From the NCBI GenBank assembly GCA_965208615.1, contig CBDBPB010000004.1:288001-352000 (forward strand): a stretch of DNA of 64,000 nucleotides, given 5' to 3'. Source of the DNA: Spirochaetota bacterium. GTDB taxonomy: Bacteria; Spirochaetota; UBA6919; CBDBPB01. Of the stretch, positions 31,468 through 41,297 are shown one piece after another. Within the stretch, counting starts at the first letter, position 1, and each line of letters starts with the position of its first letter. Under the pieces are notes generated by a model. It was not told the DNA's origin, searched no databases, and saw only the letters and a list, made by a program, of their open reading frames with translations. The position numbers were made by a program, and so were the translations under genes.

Positions 31468-32550
31468 ATGAATCAGATTGCTGTAATCATGGCTGGAGGC
31501 AGTGGTGAAAGATTTTGGCCTATGAGTAGGTCTAATAAACCTAAGCAATTTCTTAAGTTAGTATCCAAAAGCTCTATGATAAGGGAGAGCTTTTTACGGT
31601 TAAAAACCTTTTTACCCATTGAAAATATATTTATAGTAACAGGAGATAAATTTTACCATAATATACTAGAAGAAGTACCAGAGCTTAATAAGGATAATAT
31701 TATTATCGAACCCTTTGCAAGAGATACTGCTGCTGCTATTGGTTTAAGTATTTCATATATTGATAAGAAGTTTAGTAATTCTGTTGTATTAGTTTGCCCA
31801 TCTGATCACATGATCGCTGATCATTCTAAGTTCATTAGTACTATTGTTAACGGTTTTAATACAGCTTATAACAACTCTTGTATAGTTATCCTTGGGATTA
31901 ACCCTTCTAAACCAGAGACTGCCTATGGATATATTGAATTGGGTGAGTTATTCAATAACCTAAACGATGTTGGTATATATAAGGTTAAAAGGTTTGTTGA
32001 AAAGCCAGATTATAATACTGCTACTCAATATATTAAGGCTAAGCGGTTTTTGTGGAATAGTGGTATGTTTATTTTTAAAACAGATAGTATGTTAGCTGAA
32101 ATGAATAAGCATATGCCCGCTTTAGCTGAAGGGGTTAAAGAAATTAACTCTGCTATTGGCTCTCACAATGAAGATCAGGTTAAGCATAGGGTATTCAGTA
32201 GAGTGGATAAGCTTTCAATCGATTATGGCATAATGGAAAAGACTAATAATATTTTGTGTATTAAATCATCCTTTGACTGGGATGACGTTGGCTCATGGAC
32301 CTCTATTAACAGGTGGATCCCTTCTAATGAAGATGGGAATATAGCACTGGGACAGGTAATCAGTCATAATACTAAGGATTCCATTATTATTGGGGATAAT
32401 AAGTCTATGGTTGCTGTTGTGGGAATGAGGGATGTCATTGTAGTTAAGGGTGATAACGGTTTTTTAGTTTGTGCTAAAAACTCGGATCAGGATATTAAAA
32501 AGGTTTTGGCTAAGCTTAAACAAAATGAATCCTTTGATAACTTTTTATAA
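31468..32550 (+). CDS. manC: Mannose-1-phosphate guanylyltransferase
   Basis: MAGGSGERFWPMSR..PKQF, FVEKP, WNSGMF, SIDYG, WDDVGSW. Confidence 0.92.
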   Translation: MNQIAVIMAGGSGERFWPMSRSNKPKQFLKLVSKSSMIRESFLRLKTFLPIENIFIVTGDKFYHNILEEVPELNKDNIIIEPFARDTAAAIGLSISYIDKKFSNSVVLVCPSDHMIADHSKFISTIVNGFNTAYNNSCIVILGINPSKPETAYGYIELGELFNNLNDVGIYKVKRFVEKPDYNTATQYIKAKRFLWNSGMFIFKTDSMLAEMNKHMPALAEGVKEINSAIGSHNEDQVKHRVFSRVDKLSIDYGIMEKTNNILCIKSSFDWDDVGSWTSINRWIPSNEDGNIALGQVISHNTKDSIIIGDNKSMVAVVGMRDVIVVKGDNGFLVCAKNSDQDIKKVLAKLKQNESFDNFL

Positions 32551-32602
32551 TATATATAGTTATATAATAGTTGGACTACTATAAGGCTGGTTATTTGTTT
32601 TT

Positions 32603-34477
32603 ATGTGTGGGATTGTAGGTAAGCTCAATTTTGACGGCAAAGGTGTATCCAATGAGTTAATACAAAATATGACTAACTCAATATCATATAGGGGGCCTGA
32701 CGACTACGGCATTTGGAACGATAACTATATTGCCCTTGGACATAGACGATTATCTATAATAGACTTATCCAAAGACGCTCATCAGCCTATGGTTAGCGAT
32801 GATGGTAATTTGATAATTGTTTATAACGGAGAGATATATAATTTTAAGGATCTTAGATATAGGCTTATTAATAAGGGATATACTTTTCGCTCTAGCTCGG
32901 ATACTGAGGTACTTTTATATTTGTATAAGGAATATGGTAAGGATTGTTTATCTTATCTTAGGGGGATGTTTGCATTTGCCATTTGGGATTCTAAGAATAA
33001 GACTTTATTTTTGGCAAGGGATCGCTTTGGTAAAAAACCGTTAAAATATTATATAGATGATAAATCCATTATATTTGCATCTGAGTTAAAGGCTATATTA
33101 AAGGATACTCAGGTTAAAAAAGAAGTGGATTATAATAGTATAAATCATTATTTAACTTTTCATTATATGCCATCTCCTTATACTGGTTTTAGGGGTATTT
33201 ATAAGCTTCCTCACTCGCATTATTTGATAGTTAAAAAGGGAAAATTATCCATACACAAATATTGGGATATAGACTATTCAAAAAAGACTATATTATCATC
33301 TTGTGACCTTAAACATGAAATAATTAACAGGCTTAAGGAATCCGTTAATTTGCGGATGATTAGTGATGTCCCTCTGGGAGCGTTTTTAAGCGGGGGAATT
33401 GATAGTAGTATAGTGGTTGCATTAATGAGTCAGATTAGTACTAACCCTGTAAAAACTTTTTCTATTGGTTTTGAGGAAGCTGATTATAGTGAACTTAGTT
33501 ATGCTAAGATGATTGCTAAGCGTTATAATACTGATCATCATGAGTTTATTGTTAAGGCTGATATGTCCATATTACCTAAGCTTGTATGGCATTATGAAGA
33601 GCCTTATGGTGATCCTTCTGCTTTACCTACCTATTATTTAGCTAAAATGACAAGGGATTATGTTACTGTTGCATTAAACGGTGATGGCGGGGATGAGAAC
33701 TTTGCTGGATATAAAAGATATCAGTGGATTAAAACGGCATACTATCTTATGAAATTACCTATTACTATAAGAAAGACTATAGTTTATGGGTTAAAGGCTA
33801 TTCAGCTGGGATATAATAATAATATACTAAAGCGTATATCCGAACTTATTAATAATATTGACAATAGTCTTATTAGAAATTATTTTAATACTATTTTATA
33901 TATTAGTGATAACCAAAAAAACAAGGCTTATACTCGTTATTTTAAGGAATTACTTAAGGGGGATAACTCCTTTAATATATTTACTAACTTATTAAATGAT
34001 AATAGTTTTACTGATCCCTTAGACCTGCCTTTATACATTGATTTTAGAACTTATGTTCCCGATGACCTTATGGTAAAAGTTGACATCTCCTCTATGGCAC
34101 ATTCTTTAGAGAGTCGTTCACCTTTATTGGATCATTTATTTGTTGAGTTTGCGGCTGGTATTAGAATGAAGAATAAGTTAACCGTTTTTGAGACTAAGAG
34201 TATTTTTAAAAAAGCTTTAAAGGACTATCTACCTAGTGATATTCTTTATAGAAAGAAAATGGGCTTTGGTATACCTATTGATAAATGGTTTAGAACAGAG
34301 TTAAAGGGCTTTCTTATGGATAATATTTTAAAGGATAATAGTTTTGTATTAGATATTTTAAAAAAGGATTATATTAATAGTATTATTAATGATCATCTTG
34401 ATAATAAAAGGGATAACTCATATATCCTTTGGGGATTACTAACTTTAGAGCTATGGCATGATATTTATTTTAACTAA
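32603..34477 (+). CDS. asnB: Asparagine synthase-like glutamine amidotransferase
   Basis: MCGI, RGPD, HRRLSIID, NGEIYN, LSGGIDS, GDGGDE. Confidence 0.93.
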   Translation: MCGIVGKLNFDGKGVSNELIQNMTNSISYRGPDDYGIWNDNYIALGHRRLSIIDLSKDAHQPMVSDDGNLIIVYNGEIYNFKDLRYRLINKGYTFRSSSDTEVLLYLYKEYGKDCLSYLRGMFAFAIWDSKNKTLFLARDRFGKKPLKYYIDDKSIIFASELKAILKDTQVKKEVDYNSINHYLTFHYMPSPYTGFRGIYKLPHSHYLIVKKGKLSIHKYWDIDYSKKTILSSCDLKHEIINRLKESVNLRMISDVPLGAFLSGGIDSSIVVALMSQISTNPVKTFSIGFEEADYSELSYAKMIAKRYNTDHHEFIVKADMSILPKLVWHYEEPYGDPSALPTYYLAKMTRDYVTVALNGDGGDENFAGYKRYQWIKTAYYLMKLPITIRKTIVYGLKAIQLGYNNNILKRISELINNIDNSLIRNYFNTILYISDNQKNKAYTRYFKELLKGDNSFNIFTNLLNDNSFTDPLDLPLYIDFRTYVPDDLMVKVDISSMAHSLESRSPLLDHLFVEFAAGIRMKNKLTVFETKSIFKKALKDYLPSDILYRKKMGFGIPIDKWFRTELKGFLMDNILKDNSFVLDILKKDYINSIINDHLDNKRDNSYILWGLLTLELWHDIYFN

Positions 34478-34489
34478 TTAAAGGGCATT

Positions 34490-36067
34490 TTGGTGATACA
34501 AATAATTTATAACAACAGAAAAGCTATTATATTTTTGTTTATAGCTTTAATTGCCTTTATACAAAGGGGTTCTACTCTATTTATAGAGTTTTATGATGTT
34601 GATGAGATAACAGATGTTTTAATGACTAGTGAGATTATGCTTGGTGGAGAGCCTTATGTTGATGCAGTCCCTGGTAGGCCTTTCTATTTTCTATTTTTTT
34701 ATATAAGCTTTTGTATTGTTGGTATAGGCAATATTTTAGGCTTACACTTTATGACTATTTTAGTGATAGTTGCTACCGCATATTTTTTATATAGGGCTAA
34801 TAAAGTACTTTTTAATGAGAAAGCGGGTTATTTTGCCGCTTTATTTTATGTAATATTTGTATCCGGCTTTCTTGAGCATTACTTAGCTAGTCACGGTGAG
34901 ACCGTAATGAACTTGCCATCATCTATCTCATTTTATCTTTTTGTATTAGCCGCTAAGGTCGAAAAGAAATATAAATCTTATTTGTGTTATTTTTTATCTG
35001 GCTCTTTATTATTAATTGCTTTTTTAACTAAAGGACACTCCGGACTTATAATGATTGCTTACGGAGTTTATCTGGTTATTATTAAACCAATTAAGACTAA
35101 AGAATTTTATAATAATGCTCTATCACTTTTATTTATTGTGTTTGGATTTATGGGCATAGTTATCCTAGTTTATTTTATTAAGCCTCAGTTAGTTGGTATG
35201 ATAACGGGTTATGTTAGTGGTAATATTGGCTATATATCTGTGGGTATTAATAATATAGCTATTTTACCTTTTATTAATAAGGCTATTTTAAAGCTTGGTC
35301 AGAATATGCTTTTTCAGTTACCTTTATGGCTTTTGACTATTTATTTTTTAATTAGGAATAGATTATCCATAAAAAAAGACTTAAGGGTTTTATTACTCTT
35401 GGCTTATCTCGTTGTAAGCTTTTTGGGTATATTCTTAGGAGGTGATCGCCTTTATAACCATTATTTTATACAATATATACCAGCTCTTTGTCTTATAGCT
35501 GGATATAGCCTTGTTAGACTTATGGAGTTGTCATTTAATCATAGAATAAAGGTATTAGTTAATATTTTGTTAGTTATGTCTATTATGATTAATGTTTTGT
35601 GGAATTATACTAATGGATTTTTATCTCATTTTAGTCCTAGTAAGGTTTGGACTCAGAATCACGCTATTATACCAAGAGCTCATTATATTGGTGTTAGTAA
35701 CTGGATCCAAAAAAATAGTACTATAACTGATAAGATTTTGGTATGGGGTGATATTGTTGAAATATACTATTTTTCTAATCGTAGGCCTGGTATTAGGTTT
35801 TTGTGGTGTTCGGCTTATGCCAAAAGTTATAATAGTGGTCTAACTCGGTCGATTAATAATGCTAATTCTGCTATTAGTTCTGTCATTACTGATCTGGATA
35901 AAAAAAAGCCTCGTTATTTTATTGATACAGCTCCTAGTGGTGTAAGATCTTTTGGAAGTTATCCCCTTAAAGGTATGCCCATTTTGTATAATTATATTAA
36001 AAAGCACTATCAACATGTTAATACGATAAATAAAATGGATATTTATCAAAGAAAGTCTTTTTTTTAA
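34490..36067 (+). CDS. ArnT/PMT-like (GT-C) membrane glycosyltransferase
   Basis: Polytopic; DE motif after first TM, PYVD..P, HYFIQYIP. Confidence 0.7.
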   Translation: MVIQIIYNNRKAIIFLFIALIAFIQRGSTLFIEFYDVDEITDVLMTSEIMLGGEPYVDAVPGRPFYFLFFYISFCIVGIGNILGLHFMTILVIVATAYFLYRANKVLFNEKAGYFAALFYVIFVSGFLEHYLASHGETVMNLPSSISFYLFVLAAKVEKKYKSYLCYFLSGSLLLIAFLTKGHSGLIMIAYGVYLVIIKPIKTKEFYNNALSLLFIVFGFMGIVILVYFIKPQLVGMITGYVSGNIGYISVGINNIAILPFINKAILKLGQNMLFQLPLWLLTIYFLIRNRLSIKKDLRVLLLLAYLVVSFLGIFLGGDRLYNHYFIQYIPALCLIAGYSLVRLMELSFNHRIKVLVNILLVMSIMINVLWNYTNGFLSHFSPSKVWTQNHAIIPRAHYIGVSNWIQKNSTITDKILVWGDIVEIYYFSNRRPGIRFLWCSAYAKSYNSGLTRSINNANSAISSVITDLDKKKPRYFIDTAPSGVRSFGSYPLKGMPILYNYIKKHYQHVNTINKMDIYQRKSFF

Positions 36068-36250
36068 AATCCAAAACCAGCATAGACCTACTTTAACGAA
36101 TTTGTTTTTTAGCATATTATAAATCTTGACATATACAAAATACTTATTACCTTTCCTAATAATAAAGCTATAACTAAAAGTTAACATGATTTATTAATAG
36201 GCTAAGTCTTTATTTCAACTAATTACAATTACATAATCTAAAATATCATT

Positions 36251-37351
36251 ATGAATAATAATGGAATATCTAATTATAAGCGAGGCCTATTAATATTTGT
36301 AATCATTTCGTTAATAACTTTATTCTTGCTTTTTTTAAGTGGAGATATATCACTATTAACCTTAAAAAAAGGAATCAAAAACTTTAATCCACTATACCTT
36401 CCCATTTTATGCCTACTTATGGTCATTCATATTTTAGTTGACTGTATTCGTTTAAAAGTTATTGCTTGGGGAATAAATACTAAACTATCACTTAAGACTG
36501 GTTGGAACGCTTATTTAGCAAATGAGTTTTTATCAGCGGTTACTCCTTTTCAGTCTGGCGGCCAGCCTATCGAAATATATATTCTGCATAAAAGCGGTAT
36601 TTCTCTGGGCAAGTCTGTCGTAATTTCATATTTTAAAACTGCAACTTCTTTATTATTCCTCTTACTAACTGGTTGTTATGCCATAATAAGCTATGAACCC
36701 CTTAGTAATTTTGGACATCTAACTTTCTTTTATATTTACGGTGGAGGATTCATAATATATTTTATTATTATATCATATCTTTCGGTATTCAAGCCATCTT
36801 TTGCCAAAAAGCTGAGTTTTATAGGCATGAAGTTTCTAAAAAGAATTCGTATAGTAAAAAAGGATTCTTTTAATAGTCGTCTAAAGTTTATCTTGAAAGA
36901 AGTTAACAACTTTAACCACTATATAAAGAACTATTTTCTCACTAAAAAACTAAACATACTACTAACCCTAATAATAACCTTTATATCTTGGACTACAAAA
37001 TACTTAATAGCCTATTTTATAGCTATTGGAATGGGTATAAAACTGGCTATATTAGATTTATTATTATTCCAATCAGCAATCCACTTTGTTAACTACTCCA
37101 TCCCTACTCCAGGTGCAAGTGGTACAAGTGAATTAGTAGCTCATAGCATATTTAAATTTTTAAGTCCAGTTTTTGCTAGTGGGGTAATACTAAATCTTTT
37201 CGTAACTCTATGGAGGTTTTTTACTTATCATATACTCATAATTGTTTCAGGCTTGGCTACGTTTAAAATCATTAAAGATAGACTAAAAGTTAAAAACCAT
37301 AGTATAGAAACAAAAAATGAAATAATTTATAATTCTAATGTGTCAAAGTAG
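36251..37351 (+). CDS. Lysylphosphatidylglycerol synthase TM-domain (flippase-like) protein
   Basis: VTPFQSGGQP, PTPGASGTSE, LWRFFTY. Confidence 0.87.
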   Translation: MNNNGISNYKRGLLIFVIISLITLFLLFLSGDISLLTLKKGIKNFNPLYLPILCLLMVIHILVDCIRLKVIAWGINTKLSLKTGWNAYLANEFLSAVTPFQSGGQPIEIYILHKSGISLGKSVVISYFKTATSLLFLLLTGCYAIISYEPLSNFGHLTFFYIYGGGFIIYFIIISYLSVFKPSFAKKLSFIGMKFLKRIRIVKKDSFNSRLKFILKEVNNFNHYIKNYFLTKKLNILLTLIITFISWTTKYLIAYFIAIGMGIKLAILDLLLFQSAIHFVNYSIPTPGASGTSELVAHSIFKFLSPVFASGVILNLFVTLWRFFTYHILIIVSGLATFKIIKDRLKVKNHSIETKNEIIYNSNVSK

Positions 37352-38454
37352 AGTTGTTCATACTGATCTACTATTTTGTTAATGTTAAAATATTTTATAG
37401 CCCGTGCTCTTCCGTTTTGACTAAGGTGTTTATGTAAATCTGAATTAGTTAATACTTCTATTGCTTTTTCAGCCATTGAGTTAAAGTCATCTGGGTTGAA
37501 TGTAAACCCTGTTTCTCCGTGTTGAACTACTTCTGATATACCCCCAACATTAGACGATATAGTTGGTACTCCACAACTCATAGCCTCTAACAAAGATAGA
37601 CCAAAACTTTCTGTTTTACTGGTTAGCATAAATAAATCTGCGGATGGTAATAAATCTTCCACTAATTCTACCTTACCCAAAAAGCATATTTTATCTAATA
37701 TACCCAATTTATTAGCCAGTTTTCTAACGGTGGATATTTCTGTTCCATCTCCTATTAATACCAATCGTGCATTAACCTTTTTTAAAATGAGATTATAAGC
37801 TTTTATTAGTATCGTTATATTTTTGACTGGTCTAAAATTAGATATATGTAAAATAAACTTATATCCTCCTTCAAACAAAGGACATTGTATATCCCTTTTG
37901 TTAGGAGAGAATTTATTAGTATCCACAAAGTTGGGGATAACAGAAATATCTTTGTTAATTTTAAACTTATCAATGGTTGCCTGTTTAAGGTAGTTAGATA
38001 CTGTACTAACCTTATCACTTTCTATAATGCCAAATTTTACCATTTTATGATATGAGTGTTCTATTCCAACCAGGGTTATGTCTGTACCATGCAGGGTAGT
38101 AACAAACTTTATACTACTATCCCTCAATATTTGACGGGATAGATAAGCGCAAATTGAATGTGGTATAGCATAGTGAACATGAAGAATATCTAATTTATTA
38201 GCCTCACAAACTTCGATAATCTTGGAAGTTAGAGCCAAAGTATAAGGTGGATACTTAAATAGGGGATAGTTTTGAACATCCACCTCGTGAAACTGGATGT
38301 TTTGATGAAAGCCAGTTAAACGAAAAGGTGTTTCATAGCTTATAAAGTTAATAGAATGTCCTCTATTAGCCAGGTTAATCCCTAACTCAGTAGCTATTAT
38401 ACCGCTACCACCATAGCTGGGATAACAAACAATACCAATCTTTAGCTTATTCAT
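37327..38454 (-). CDS. bshA: N-acetyl-alpha-D-glucosaminyl L-malate synthase
   Basis: CYPSYGGSG, YPLFKYPPY, HVHYAIPH, TTLHGTDIT, HISNFRPVK, ESFGL. Confidence 0.93.
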   Translation of the reverse strand: MNKLKIGIVCYPSYGGSGIIATELGINLANRGHSINFISYETPFRLTGFHQNIQFHEVDVQNYPLFKYPPYTLALTSKIIEVCEANKLDILHVHYAIPHSICAYLSRQILRDSSIKFVTTLHGTDITLVGIEHSYHKMVKFGIIESDKVSTVSNYLKQATIDKFKINKDISVIPNFVDTNKFSPNKRDIQCPLFEGGYKFILHISNFRPVKNITILIKAYNLILKKVNARLVLIGDGTEISTVRKLANKLGILDKICFLGKVELVEDLLPSADLFMLTSKTESFGLSLLEAMSCGVPTISSNVGGISEVVQHGETGFTFNPDDFNSMAEKAIEVLTNSDLHKHLSQNGRARAIKYFNINKIVDQYEQLYFDTLEL

Positions 38455-40063
38455 AATACAGAACCTGATGAGAAAAATCATTAATATCTACATTACTAAT
38501 TATCTCCGATAAAAGATTTAGTCCGTAATAGTTAATATAATAAAAGTAGTTAAAAACTCTTTCTTGAGGCCTAATACGGGGTATTACAGCATTATTTAGT
38601 CTTACTATTTGATTCTTTGATATACCCAGATTCTCTTCTAGCCTTTTAATATATTTAGCCTTAACTTTCTTACCTTCACTTAATATCTTATTTAAAGAAG
38701 GTCTTATGCTATCTATTACGTTTTGTCCCTGTTTTTCTGCCATTAAGGTTAAATCTTTTATATTTCTTTCTATATTAAGGATAAATATATTTATTATGTC
38801 ATCCGAGGTGTTAAATAGCGGATTAGCCTTTATAGAATTATTATTTAGTATATCTATTATAGTTAATCCAAATTTATTTTGTATCTTTTGATATCTTTTC
38901 TCAAAAAGAGTAATACTAATACGCGGATAGATTACAGGAAGCCTTTTGTTAAAAAGAGCATATACACTTTTTAGCTGAGAAAAATAATTGATCTCACCCG
39001 GACCAGCTATATAAACAGCATTAGGAAAAAGATAATCTTGGACTATTGGCCTTAGAACTACGTTATGAGAAAATAAATGGGGATCATTAACTATTTTAAG
39101 TTTAAGTTCCTCTAAGGAAAAGGAAAGTTGATTCTTTTTATTTTCAAATAGATTGCTATTCTCATTCCATATTAGCTTTAGCCTAGCTTTATTATGATGA
39201 TAGAATAAGTTAAGCCCATTACTATTATTTATAGCGGGGTTATACCCTAGTTTAGTTAGCTTTTTCGAGGACTCAGTAATAAGTTTATTAATTTCACTAT
39301 TTTTGTTTAGGGCTAATAAGCTAATGTCAATACTAAGTTTTCTTAGGATATTAGGTTCTACAATAATAAGTCCGTAATCTTTAAAGACTTCACTAATCAG
39401 ATGTATGAACGAATCTAAAAGACTATTACTTTTCTCTTTCACTAATGAATACATACTTGATGAGAACTCAGTTTTATGCCATTTATCCTTAAGGATGTTT
39501 AGAAAATTGTATATCTCATCCTTTAGATCAATATCCTTTATAGAAAAGCCTTTATCCTCTATATCAAGGGATAGGGATTCTATTTCATTATTTAAGCTAG
39601 AAAAGCTTAGATTATTAACTTCGTTTAAATCATGATCCTCTGAGGCCACCCAAAATATAGGTATAAACTTTTTATTCAAACTTTTATTTAGCTTATCAGC
39701 CAGCAGAATAGCAGATATTCCTTTGTAGATAGTATAAAGTGGACCAGTCAAAAGACCACATTGCTGACCAGTAATAATTGTATAGCAATCATTATCAACT
39801 AAACAATTTAGGTTATCCATAACCTTTGGATGATTATTTTTTTCTTTGTTAAAGTCGTATAAAACTTTATATAGCTCTTTTCTTTGATCAGAAGATAGTT
39901 TATTTTGTTCAGCGGCATCATTAATGCTATCGACCGATCTATAATCAAAGTCATAAAATGATTTAACTTTATCATAATTAGTTAGGTATTCATTAGATAT
40001 AGAGTTTTGTGAGTGAAAAAGCCTTAACTTTGAATAGGGTATCTTAATATTTTTCGAAAACAT
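38447..40063 (-). CDS. bshC: Bacillithiol cysteine-adding enzyme
   Basis: TGQQCGLLTGPLYTIYK, FWVASEDHD, NVVLRP, GPGEINY, PQERVFN. Confidence 0.92.
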   Translation of the reverse strand: MFSKNIKIPYSKLRLFHSQNSISNEYLTNYDKVKSFYDFDYRSVDSINDAAEQNKLSSDQRKELYKVLYDFNKEKNNHPKVMDNLNCLVDNDCYTIITGQQCGLLTGPLYTIYKGISAILLADKLNKSLNKKFIPIFWVASEDHDLNEVNNLSFSSLNNEIESLSLDIEDKGFSIKDIDLKDEIYNFLNILKDKWHKTEFSSSMYSLVKEKSNSLLDSFIHLISEVFKDYGLIIVEPNILRKLSIDISLLALNKNSEINKLITESSKKLTKLGYNPAINNSNGLNLFYHHNKARLKLIWNENSNLFENKKNQLSFSLEELKLKIVNDPHLFSHNVVLRPIVQDYLFPNAVYIAGPGEINYFSQLKSVYALFNKRLPVIYPRISITLFEKRYQKIQNKFGLTIIDILNNNSIKANPLFNTSDDIINIFILNIERNIKDLTLMAEKQGQNVIDSIRPSLNKILSEGKKVKAKYIKRLEENLGISKNQIVRLNNAVIPRIRPQERVFNYFYYINYYGLNLLSEIISNVDINDFSHQVLYYE

Positions 40064-40140
40064 ATTTTATTTATACTATCCTTGTTTTTTTTTATAAGCT
40101 ATGATCAAGAAATAGGTTAGCAGTAGAAAAGTAAAACCAG

Positions 40141-40749
40141 CTAATTCTTAATATTAACAAGGATATTAAAAAGGTTTATGGAATCTTGCTTATCCCACTC
40201 AAGCTCACGTTCTATAACTGATATAATATAACCTTTTTTATCTATAATAAAAGTTGTAGGAAAGCCATTTAACCCTAAGGTATTATATAGTTCATAAATA
40301 TTTTTATTTATGTCGTGTATTATAGTAAAGGTTAGTTTATGCTTTTTTACAAAGTCAGATATAACCTTTTTACCATCATCCACAGAGACCGCAACCATTA
40401 AAAAATCTTTTCCTTTCATTTTGTTATGGAGTTTTTCCATTGATGGCATCTCAACAACACATGGAATACACCATGTTGCCCAGAAATTAAGAAATACTAT
40501 TTTTCCTTGTTGTTCTTTTAGACTAAAGTTTTGTCCGTTTAAATCCTTAGAGTTAAAGTTTAGAGCCTTTTTTTTATATATAATGGGATTAATTCCCAGT
40601 TTTGCAAAGGCTATATCCAGTTGTTCACTTCCAGTTAGATTTGATGTATTCTGCTGTTTTATTTTAATGCTATTTTTTCGTTGTTCGCATGACATGACGT
40701 TTAATGAAGATAAACAAATTATTAATATTGTTAAATATATATTTTTCAT
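40141..40749 (-). CDS. TlpA-family thiol-disulfide oxidoreductase, probable lipoprotein
   Basis: NFWATWCIPC..EMP, FPTTFIID; signal ending VMS-C. Confidence 0.9.
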   Translation of the reverse strand: MKNIYLTILIICLSSLNVMSCEQRKNSIKIKQQNTSNLTGSEQLDIAFAKLGINPIIYKKKALNFNSKDLNGQNFSLKEQQGKIVFLNFWATWCIPCVVEMPSMEKLHNKMKGKDFLMVAVSVDDGKKVISDFVKKHKLTFTIIHDINKNIYELYNTLGLNGFPTTFIIDKKGYIISVIERELEWDKQDSINLFNILVNIKN

Positions 40750-40977
40750 ATAGTTATATCCTTATTAAGCATCCACTATTATAGATATAAGTGGTTAATT
40801 GTTAATGTTAACATTTCAAATAAAATAATTATTTTATAAGGGTTAATCAAGTAAATTTATTTTAGTTAAAAAAATTACATCGCTATACAGATATTTAAAT
40901 TTATAAAAAAAACATTATTAAAAACTTGTATATCTCAAAATAAACCAAATATATATCTATAAGATTAGGACCATAAA

Positions 40978-41148
40978 ATGACTAAATATGAATGCTTAAA
41001 ATGCGGATATGTTTATAACCCCTATGAGGGAGATAAATTTAATGATATTAAACCAGGGATCCCTTTTGAGGGATTAGCGGATTATTGGGTTTGTCCAAAG
41101 TGTTCTTCGGATAAAAATAATTTTGAACCAGTATTTGAAGAATATTAA
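40978..41148 (+). CDS. Rubredoxin (56 aa; not in ORF track)
   Basis: MTKYECLKCGYVYNPYEGD..IKPGIPFEGLADYWVCPKC; AGGA Shine-Dalgarno. Confidence 0.93.
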   Translation: MTKYECLKCGYVYNPYEGDKFNDIKPGIPFEGLADYWVCPKCSSDKNNFEPVFEEY

Positions 41149-41297
41149 ACTATAGTGTTGTTAGCCTATAACGATAAAAGTTCTTGAGAAAGCAAATTTA
41201 AATATATAAAAATTATATATATTTATTTGTTAAATTTTATATTATAAAGTTACTTTTTATTATAATTAGATTATTTTTTAAGTATAATAGCAAAAGG

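Noticed and set aside
32603-34477. Lasso peptide cyclase linked to TldD/E (RiPP pathway)
   Set aside because: Intact N-terminal Cys glutaminase domain, no precursor or B protein, and tldD/E are ~28 kb away
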